Part shown: in pieces, positions 47,962 through 54,208 of the stretch
Position numbering within the stretch: position 1 is the stretch's first letter
How the letters are laid out: every line of letters begins with the position of its first letter
From: Eubacteriales bacterium
Lineage (GTDB): Bacteria > Bacillota > Clostridia > Oscillospirales > CAG-382
Direction: 5' to 3'
NCBI GenBank assembly: GCA_045589515.1
Contig: JAZNPH010000010.1
Coordinates: 4,719-68,718 of the forward strand
DNA: 64,000 bases
The notes under the pieces: generated by a model
The model's database searches: none
What the model was told of the DNA's origin: nothing
Seen by the model: only the letters and a program-made list of their open reading frames with translations
Translations under genes and position numbers: made by a program

Positions 47962-48003
47962 ATTGTAAGCCATCGCTAACTGTTTGTCAAGTGACCGAGT
48001 CAC
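47962..48003 (-). promoter_or_regulatory. copA promoter with an abutting dyad (candidate operator)
   Basis: On the minus strand: GTGACTCGGTCAC dyad (47991-48003), immediately followed by TTGACA (47985-47990), 17 nt, TACAAT (47962-47967). Confidence 0.5.
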
Positions 48004-48069
48004 AACTTTTTTGCCTCTTTACTTTTTTTCTTTCTTGTGATATACTATGCATTGATGGAGGATCCGCCT

Positions 48070-49203
48070 ATGAAACAGTATCTTCAAAAAATGCTGGAAG
48101 CGGGGGTAGCCAAGTTCACGGTGAGCAACCCGGTTTCCAAATCGTCCCTCTACAAAAAGATCGTGGCATTGGAAAAGCAAAGAGGCTTCCAGATCGAAAA
48201 ATATACGGAAAAGCAGGTGTTTCACGAGAACGTCACCCGGGAAGAGCTTGCAGACGCTTTGTGCCTGCTCATCGAAGGGAAGTTCCGCCAGGTCAACGGC
48301 TTTGCCCCGGATGGGGAGCACATCCTGCTGATCTCCTCCAAGGGTGCTTGCAAATATTCCGTGAAGAACAAAGCCCCCGCCGTAAAGCTTTCCGCCGACC
48401 ACAACCGCAAGAAGCAATATCTCTTAGAGGAAGGAACCGTGATCCCACCCTTGGTGGACATGGGGATCTTTACGGGAGAGGGCAAGGTGGTGGCCTCCAT
48501 GTACCACAAGTTCAAGCAGATCAACCGCTTCTTAGAGATGATCGACGACGAACTGAAGGATAGGAAGGTGGAAAAGCTGAACGTGATCGACTTCGGTTGC
48601 GGCAAGTCCTACCTTACCTTCATCCTGTATTATTATCTCACCCAGGTACGCCGCATCCTCGTGGAGATGATCGGGCTGGATCTCAAAGCCGACGTGATCG
48701 AAAAATGCAACGCCGCCGCAAGGAAGTACGGCTACCGGGGACTCCGCTTCGAGATGGGGGATATCAACGGCTACAAAGCCCCCTTCCAAGTGGACATGGT
48801 AGTGACTCTTCACGCCTGCGATACCGCCACGGACTACGCTTTGTTCAACGCCCTTTCCTGGGGCGCTAAGATGATCTTCTCCGTGCCCTGCTGTCAGCAC
48901 GAGCTGAACGGCCAGCTTGCCCCCGCGGAACTGACCCTTCTTTCCCGCTACGGGATCGTGGGGGAGCGGTTCTCCGCTTTGGCAACCGACGCCATTCGTG
49001 CCAATCTGTTGGAATATTGCGGGTACAAGACTCAGCTCCTGGAGTTCATCGAGCTGGATCACACTCCCAAGAACGTGCTGATCCGCGCCGTGAAGCGGCC
49101 CATCACCCCGAGGGCGGTGAAGGAAAAGGCACTCTTGGAGGTAAAGCAGGTCATGGCCGCCTTCGGCTTCCAACCTACGTTGTATAGGTTGTTAGGGCTA
49201 TAA
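48070..49203 (+). CDS. Class I SAM-dependent methyltransferase with an N-terminal accessory domain
   Basis: ATG 48070 follows GGAGGA. SAM-binding motif I VIDFGCGKSYLT. 377 aa. Confidence 0.8.
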   Translation: MKQYLQKMLEAGVAKFTVSNPVSKSSLYKKIVALEKQRGFQIEKYTEKQVFHENVTREELADALCLLIEGKFRQVNGFAPDGEHILLISSKGACKYSVKNKAPAVKLSADHNRKKQYLLEEGTVIPPLVDMGIFTGEGKVVASMYHKFKQINRFLEMIDDELKDRKVEKLNVIDFGCGKSYLTFILYYYLTQVRRILVEMIGLDLKADVIEKCNAAARKYGYRGLRFEMGDINGYKAPFQVDMVVTLHACDTATDYALFNALSWGAKMIFSVPCCQHELNGQLAPAELTLLSRYGIVGERFSALATDAIRANLLEYCGYKTQLLEFIELDHTPKNVLIRAVKRPITPRAVKEKALLEVKQVMAAFGFQPTLYRLLGL

Positions 49204-49212
49204 AAAAGAGGG

Positions 49213-49295
49213 CTTAAACCTTTTTCTTTTCGGAAAAAGAAAAAGGTTTAAGAATCCAAAAAGAAAATCCATTTTCCGAAAACTTGCGTTTTCGG
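49213..49295 (-). repeat. Composite intergenic repeat, copy 5a (inverted orientation)
   Basis: On the + strand, hairpin B comes first: an 18-bp stem CTTAAACCTTTTTCTTTT-CGGA-AAAAGAAAAAGGTTTAAG (49213-49252). The linker follows, then hairpin A CCGAAAAC-TTGC-GTTTTCGG (49276-49295). Confidence 0.8.
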
Positions 49296-49302
49296 GATCA
49301 TC

Positions 49303-49437
49303 CTCTTAAAAGTTAGTTTTTCGAGGGAGAGCATGAGAGGGAACCTTTTTTCGAAAAAGGTTCCCTCTCGTCATTTGATTCGCGTTTTCTTTGGGATTTT
49401 TAAGGGACTTTCTTTTTCGCAAAAGAAAGTCCCTTAA
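49303..49437 (+). repeat. Composite intergenic repeat, copy 5b (degenerate A, an inserted extra hairpin, intact linker and B)
   Basis: Degenerate hairpin A is CTCTTAAAAGTTAGTTTTTCGAG (49303-49325). The extra perfect 16-bp hairpin is GAGAGGGAACCTTTTT-TCG-AAAAAGGTTCCCTCTC (49335-49369). The linker is GTTTTCTTTGGGATTT. Hairpin B is TTAAGGGACTTTCTTTT-TCGC-AAAAGAAAGTCCCTTAA (49400-49437). Confidence 0.7.
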
Positions 49438-49446
49438 ACGTTCTTA

Positions 49447-50781
49447 TTATCTCGATACCACCTGGTCGATGTTCCATTCGGAAAGGATGTAGATCACGTA
49501 ATCCGGCTTTTCGCTGTTGACGTACGCGTTGCTCCAGCCATAGTTCCACATGCCGATGTAGTGGGTTCGGTTCATCCGCTCGGGAATGAGGTCGAAGATG
49601 GCCGCGCTGTAGGAATCTCTGAATACCATGCAGGAGGGCAGCTCCGACCGCTCGGTGTTGAAGTTGAACTCCGCGGTGGTGTCCTCGCTGTAGATCAACT
49701 GCATCCCTCTGTAACGGGGTACTGCGGCGATCTGGGAGGGAATCTCCTCCTTGAACTCCCGGTAGTAGCCGTATTCCTTCACGTCCTTTTGAGGAATGTC
49801 CAAGAACAGCATAGCGTCTGCGCTGGTGTAGTAATCCGCCGTCCAGGTGAATTCGTCAATGCCGCGAGGAGCTGCTTCGGGATACTTTTCGGAGATGTGG
49901 TTAAAAAGCTCCACGTAAGCCAGGTAGGCGCCGTAATCCGCCCAATGGCTGTCCAGATGGTAGTACAAGGGCATCTCGTCGTGCTTGTGCTCCATGAAGA
50001 CCTCCCGCATATCGATCACAGTGGCTCCTGCCTCGTCAAGCTTGGCGGTGACCTGATCCAAACGGGACTGACCCGTGCCCTTTGGATATTCCTCGGGAAC
50101 CAGCTCGGGATAGATGGTCATGGGGGAGGGGATGATCATGTAGATGATCTCACCGTCGGGATTGTAGCCGTGCATCTGCTCCAAGCGAGTCTTCACACGG
50201 CTTGCCATGCTGTTCAGCTGGGAGTCACTGTAAAGAGGCACCGTGCCCATATGGTCGGGGAGCATTTGGGTCAGGAAGAATTGGAAGGCCTTGTTGCTGG
50301 CCAGCCCTTGGGTGTAATTGTTTGCGGGAGTACGCACGCGGATAGAGAAGGCGCGGGGAATATCGTAGGCCTCTCCCTCAACCGTTTGGGAGAAGGTGAT
50401 CTCCTGGGTATTGCTTGTTCCTTCTGCCTTCATGGTCACGGCGAACCACCCCATGTAGGAGGGAACGGTGATCTCCTGCTCCCCGATGCGAGCGGTGATC
50501 TCTGCCCCTTGGGCACAGGTGCCGATCATCACGAAGGAGGGCTTGGAAGTGTAGCGGGCAAACAGCAGATCCACCGCATCCTCGGGAATGGGGGCTTCCT
50601 CTTCGGAATTCTCCCCGGTGCTGCTTTCTACACGGGAGATCTCCTCGGGAATGGAGGATTCTTCCTCCGAGGAGGTAACGGGAGCTGCCAGAGAGGAGGT
50701 CTCTATGCTCTCACTTCCGCAGGCGGCAAGGAGGCAAATAGCCAATAAAAGGGCAAGGATTGCCGGCAAACACTTTTTCAT
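49447..50781 (-). CDS. Lipoprotein with AlgX/AlgJ-like SGNH (DHHW-family-like) domain
   Basis: Lipobox LLAAC, S/E-rich linker, and a YYHLDSHWADYGAY block resembling the D(H/S)HW motif of the AlgJ/DHHW families (from memory). Confidence 0.55.
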   Translation of the reverse strand: MKKCLPAILALLLAICLLAACGSESIETSSLAAPVTSSEEESSIPEEISRVESSTGENSEEEAPIPEDAVDLLFARYTSKPSFVMIGTCAQGAEITARIGEQEITVPSYMGWFAVTMKAEGTSNTQEITFSQTVEGEAYDIPRAFSIRVRTPANNYTQGLASNKAFQFFLTQMLPDHMGTVPLYSDSQLNSMASRVKTRLEQMHGYNPDGEIIYMIIPSPMTIYPELVPEEYPKGTGQSRLDQVTAKLDEAGATVIDMREVFMEHKHDEMPLYYHLDSHWADYGAYLAYVELFNHISEKYPEAAPRGIDEFTWTADYYTSADAMLFLDIPQKDVKEYGYYREFKEEIPSQIAAVPRYRGMQLIYSEDTTAEFNFNTERSELPSCMVFRDSYSAAIFDLIPERMNRTHYIGMWNYGWSNAYVNSEKPDYVIYILSEWNIDQVVSR

Positions 50782-50900
50782 ACGCTATATCCTTTCGTTT
50801 CTTTTCCTACCTATTGTACCACAAAACGAAAAAATGTCAATCCCGTTTTTCATAGGAAGGCGTTGTAAAGAAAACTTTACAAAATTCAACTTTTCGTGTA

Positions 50901-50929
50901 TTGACAATAGACATTGAAAAGTGTAAAAT
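50901..50929 (+). promoter_or_regulatory. Sigma-A promoter
   Basis: TTGACA, 17 nt, TAAAAT (50924-50929), preceded by TG. Confidence 0.55.
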
Positions 50930-50961
50930 ATACTTGCATTTTTTAAAAGGAGGAAACAACA

Positions 50962-51567
50962 ATGAAGAAAACACTCACCTGTCTGTTGGCGCTGGTTTTG
51001 GTTCTGACAAGCCTGTTTGCCATGACCGCCTGCGGCGAAAAGGAAGACCCCAAGAAGGAATCCGAAGCGGAGGATACTTCTTCCGTAGAATCCGCAGAAT
51101 CCGCAGAATCCGCAGAATCCACCCCCGAGGCCTATAAGCCCGCCAAAGGCTACAAGCTGTACAGCAAATCCGGCATCTCCTTCGCCTACCCCGAAGATTG
51201 GGAGATCGAGGACGACGTCATCATCGACGAAAACGGCAACAACATCAACATGAACTATTCCGCCGCCTCCAAAGCGGAAGCCGAGGTCTTTCGCACCCTC
51301 TCCAACGATACCTTCATGGAGCTGATGGGCAGCATCTACGAGGCCATGGGGATGTCCGTCAGCAACCACAACGTGAAGACGGTTACCAACGCCTCCGGTG
51401 TGGAGGTCATCAGCTGTGAGTTCAGCCTGAGCTTTGAGGGCATCGAGATGAATATGTGCCAGTTCATCATTCTCGGCGAGAAGAAGCACTATACCATCAC
51501 CATCACCGAGATGACCGACATTGACGCCGTCATCGCCGAGGTTCTCAAGTCCATCACCATTGAATAA
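50962..51567 (+). CDS. Lipoprotein of unknown function
   Basis: Lipobox AMTAC, AGGAGGAAA RBS, and an (ESA)n repeat linker followed by a ~150-aa globular part. Confidence 0.6.
   Translation: MKKTLTCLLALVLVLTSLFAMTACGEKEDPKKESEAEDTSSVESAESAESAESTPEAYKPAKGYKLYSKSGISFAYPEDWEIEDDVIIDENGNNINMNYSAASKAEAEVFRTLSNDTFMELMGSIYEAMGMSVSNHNVKTVTNASGVEVISCEFSLSFEGIEMNMCQFIILGEKKHYTITITEMTDIDAVIAEVLKSITIE
51088..51120 (+). repeat. In-frame 9-bp tandem repeat (GAATCCGCA x3.7) encoding (ESA)n
   Basis: Units at 51088-96, 51097-105 and 51106-114, with a partial unit at 51115-120. Confidence 0.9.
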
Positions 51568-51576
51568 ACCCAAAAC

Positions 51577-51602
51577 AAAAAGACCCGATAAGGGTCTTTT
51601 TT
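51577..51602. terminator. Bidirectional intrinsic terminator shared by the lipoprotein gene (+) and tRNA-Thr (-)
   Basis: AAAAAGACCC-GATAA-GGGTCTTTTTT, with T/A runs on both sides. Confidence 0.8.
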
Positions 51603-51604
51603 GT

Positions 51605-51680
51605 TGGAGCTAATGGCGGGACTCGAACCCGCGGCCTGTTGATTACGAATCAACTGCTCTACCGACTGAGCCACATTAGC
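51605..51680 (-). tRNA. tRNA-Thr (anticodon CGU), CCA encoded
   Basis: The reverse complement GCTAATGTGGCTCAGTCGGTAGAGCAGTTGATTCGTAATCAACAGGCCGCGGGTTCGAGTCCCGCCATTAGCTCCA folds as a 76-nt cloverleaf. It has a 7-bp acceptor stem, TTCGAGT T-loop and TTCGTAA anticodon loop. Confidence 0.92.
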
Positions 51681-51712
51681 ATATTTTGGTCGCATCCCAT
51701 GCAACAAGCGGT

Positions 51713-51741
51713 ATTATAGCAGAAAGAGGCCGCTTTGTCAA
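51713..51741 (-). promoter_or_regulatory. Sigma-A promoter of tRNA-Thr
   Basis: On the minus strand: TTGACA (51736-51741), 17 nt, TATAAT (51713-51718). It lies ~30 nt upstream of the tRNA 5' end. Confidence 0.65.
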
Positions 51742-51775
51742 GTTCTTTTTTTGCATTTTTCCGCTTTAGGCGGCA

Positions 51776-51802
51776 AAGCCCTCGGTGGGGCTTTTTTCTT
51801 TT
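51776..51802 (+). terminator. Orphan terminator-like hairpin with no upstream + strand gene
   Basis: AAGCCC-TCGGTG-GGGCTT followed by TTTTCTTTT. It is preceded by the small hairpin CCGC-TTTAG-GCGG. Confidence 0.4.
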
Positions 51803-51980
51803 CAAGACGGAAAACAAATGTTTTGCAAGAACTGACGAAATTTTCACAAAAATCGACGGGAAACCTCGACGGCAGACGACGGCAAACCCGAAGAAACCCT
51901 TGTATTCCCTTGCTTTTTACCCTATTAACAAAAATAGACAAAAGGGGTTTTCAAACGCCTCCATCCCGCCAAAGTCGCTC

Positions 51981-52009
51981 TTGACAGAAGCTTTTCCATT
52001 CCTTATAAT
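51981..52009 (+). promoter_or_regulatory. Sigma-A promoter of the dcw cluster (Pmra)
   Basis: TTGACA, 17 nt, TATAAT (52004-52009). It leaves a ~105-nt leader before the mraZ ATG. Confidence 0.65.
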
Positions 52010-52121
52010 AAGGTCACAGGTGGTATTTTAAGGCAATTAGTGGAAGAAAATACCATGGTTTTCCCATAAAAGTGGAAGGGAACCCCAAAAATCACGCGAG
52101 AAAGGAGCAGGGAAGGCAGAT

Positions 52122-52538
52122 ATGTTCACAGGAACTTACCGTCACGCAGTGGATGCCAAGGGCAGACTGTTTATTCCCGTGCGCCTGCGGGAGGAATTGG
52201 GGGAGACCTTTATGGTCACCAGAGGCCTGCAGAACTGCTTGCGTCTCTACCCCATGAAGGAGTGGGAAGCCTTTGCCGCCAAGATTGCAGCCCTGCCGGA
52301 GACCCGCGCCAAGGACGTGCGTCATTACTTCTTTGCCAACGCCTTCGATACCTCCCTGGACGGCCAGGGAAGAGTGACCCTCCCCGCAGATTGCCGCCGC
52401 TTCGCTTCCTTGGAAAAGAACGTGGTGCTAGTGGGCGACGATACCCGCTTGGAGATCTGGGACGAGGAACGTTGGGACGCATTGGATGCGGAGAACTACG
52501 GCAACATCCTGCCTGTTCTTGAGGAGCTTGGCTTCTGA
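52122..52538 (+). CDS. mraZ: Transcriptional regulator MraZ
   Basis: MFTGTYRHAVDAKGRLFIPVRLREEL and a second SpoVT/AbrB-like repeat (GQGRVTLPADCR). Confidence 0.95.
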   Translation: MFTGTYRHAVDAKGRLFIPVRLREELGETFMVTRGLQNCLRLYPMKEWEAFAAKIAALPETRAKDVRHYFFANAFDTSLDGQGRVTLPADCRRFASLEKNVVLVGDDTRLEIWDEERWDALDAENYGNILPVLEELGF

Positions 52539-53464
52539 TGGAATACAAACATATCACCGTTTTATTGAACGAAACCGTGGAGTCCGTTTTGACGAACCCC
52601 GACGGAACCTATATCGATTGTACCCTTGGGGGAGGCGGCCATACGGGCTTGCTGCTTTCCCGCCTTTCCGAAAAGGGGAGAGTCATCGCCATCGACAGAG
52701 ACGACGTGGCCTTGGGAAACGCCCGTAACAAATTTAACGACCCCCGCTTGACCTTGGTGAAGAGCAACTTCTCCGAGATCGGGCAGATCGCCGCAGAGCA
52801 CGCCCCGGAAGGGGTGGACGGCATCCTTGCCGACTTGGGGATCTCCAGTCCCCAGGTGGATGATCCCACCCGCGGCTTCTCCTATTCTGCCGACGCTTTC
52901 CTGGATATGCGCATGGACCGGACCCAGGCCTTCACCGCCTACGACGTGGTGAACACCTACTCTCGTGAAGACCTGATCCGTATCCTCAGAGACTACGGCG
53001 AGGAACGCTTTGCCGGCCGTATTGCGGACAAGATCCTCCACGCCAGAGAGCAAAAGCCCATCGACACCACCGCAGAGCTGACGGCCATCGTAGCCGCCGC
53101 TATGCCCAGACAGAATAAAAAGGAAGGCCACCCCTGCAAGCGGACCTACCAAGCCATCCGCATCGAGGTAAATTCCGAGCTTTCCAGCATTTCCGCCATG
53201 ATCGCCGGCGGGATCCCTTGCTTAAAGAGCGGGGGACACATGAGCATCATCAGCTTCCACTCCCTGGAGGACCGTATTGTAAAGAATGCCTTCGCCATGG
53301 GAGAGAACCCCTGCACCTGCCCTAAGGATTTCCCCATCTGCGTTTGCGGAAAGAAGCCCACGGTGAAGGTGCTCACCAGAAAACCCCTGCTCCCCTCGGA
53401 GCAAGAGGTTACCGACAACAACCGCGCCCACAGCGCCAAGCTGAGGGTTTGCGAGAAACTTTAA
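52538..53464 (+). CDS. rsmH: 16S rRNA (cytosine1402-N4)-methyltransferase
   Basis: HITVLLNE...DCTLGGGGH...DLGISSPQVD...FHSLEDRIVK. Confidence 0.95.
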   Translation: MEYKHITVLLNETVESVLTNPDGTYIDCTLGGGGHTGLLLSRLSEKGRVIAIDRDDVALGNARNKFNDPRLTLVKSNFSEIGQIAAEHAPEGVDGILADLGISSPQVDDPTRGFSYSADAFLDMRMDRTQAFTAYDVVNTYSREDLIRILRDYGEERFAGRIADKILHAREQKPIDTTAELTAIVAAAMPRQNKKEGHPCKRTYQAIRIEVNSELSSISAMIAGGIPCLKSGGHMSIISFHSLEDRIVKNAFAMGENPCTCPKDFPICVCGKKPTVKVLTRKPLLPSEQEVTDNNRAHSAKLRVCEKL

Positions 53465-53483
53465 CGAAAAGGAAGGAAACGAG

Positions 53484-54065
53484 ATGGAACAGAAAAGAAC
53501 CACCCCCGCCCGCACCCCTGCAAAACGTACCGGAACCTCCGTTTCCGTCCCCCAGCCCAAGGCGGCAAAGCCTGCCGCCCCTGCCCGTAAGGCCGCACCC
53601 CTCTCCCGCAGACAGAGCAAGCGCATGGCACATCGCCACGCTGTCCGTGAGCCTAAGTTCATCACGGTACGCAAGGAGCGCAAGGAACGGAAGCCCTTCC
53701 CTTTGGGCATCGTTCTGGTGCTGGCAATGATCACCGCGTTGTTTCTGTTTATGATGATGAACTATGCGGAGATCGACCAATACAACGGTGAGATCCGCGA
53801 TCTGCAGAATACTATGGCCAAATTGCAGAACGAGCAGAAGAAGCTGGAGGTTCGTTTGGAAAACAAGGACGACCGTGCCGCCTTCGAGCAGTTTGCCGTG
53901 GAGCAGCTTGGCATGGTCAAGGCAGACACGTTGGATAAGTATATCGTCACCCTCACCCCCGAGGACAAGACCGAGATCATGGAATACGAGGATGAGCAAG
54001 AAAGCGGCTTCGGCTTCCTGTTGTCCGGCTTGGCGGAGGTTGTCAGAGGATTCTTTGGGGATTGA
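53484..54065 (+). CDS. ftsL: FtsL-like cell-division protein (K/A/P-rich tail, one TM helix, coiled coil)
   Basis: Its position after rsmH, a single TM helix (FPLGIVLVLAMITALFLFMMM) and a following heptad-like region support the call. The sequence itself is weakly diagnostic. Confidence 0.6.
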   Translation: MEQKRTTPARTPAKRTGTSVSVPQPKAAKPAAPARKAAPLSRRQSKRMAHRHAVREPKFITVRKERKERKPFPLGIVLVLAMITALFLFMMMNYAEIDQYNGEIRDLQNTMAKLQNEQKKLEVRLENKDDRAAFEQFAVEQLGMVKADTLDKYIVTLTPEDKTEIMEYEDEQESGFGFLLSGLAEVVRGFFGD

Positions 54066-54208
54066 TCTCCCGTGTCCTTTCATAAAAGCTTGAAGGGGCG
54101 AATATAGTACCAATAGCAAGGAAAACAAGGGTAAGAAGCGTCTAAATGCCTCTTACCCGTTTGCCGTCTTTTTATACCGCAAAAAATTCGGAGGATTTTG
54201 GCAAGGAT

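Noticed and set aside
46185-48563. 792-aa ORF on the + strand opposite copA
   Set aside because: It is the same antisense-shadow artefact. It runs through copA and its promoter region and merges out of frame into the 5' part of the methyltransferase gene. No RBS is present.
49204-49446. Possible CRISPR array, also considered for 14724-15151
   Set aside because: The repeats are hairpins of differing sequence and orientation, not identical direct repeats separated by unique spacers of constant length. No cas genes are in the window.
54146-54208. Upstream ATG 54146 as the start of the PBP gene
   Set aside because: It is not firmly rejected. The 21 extra codons lack a better RBS than ATG 54209 (GGAGGA at 54190-54195), and the extra peptide has no membrane or basic character. 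The start remains uncertain.
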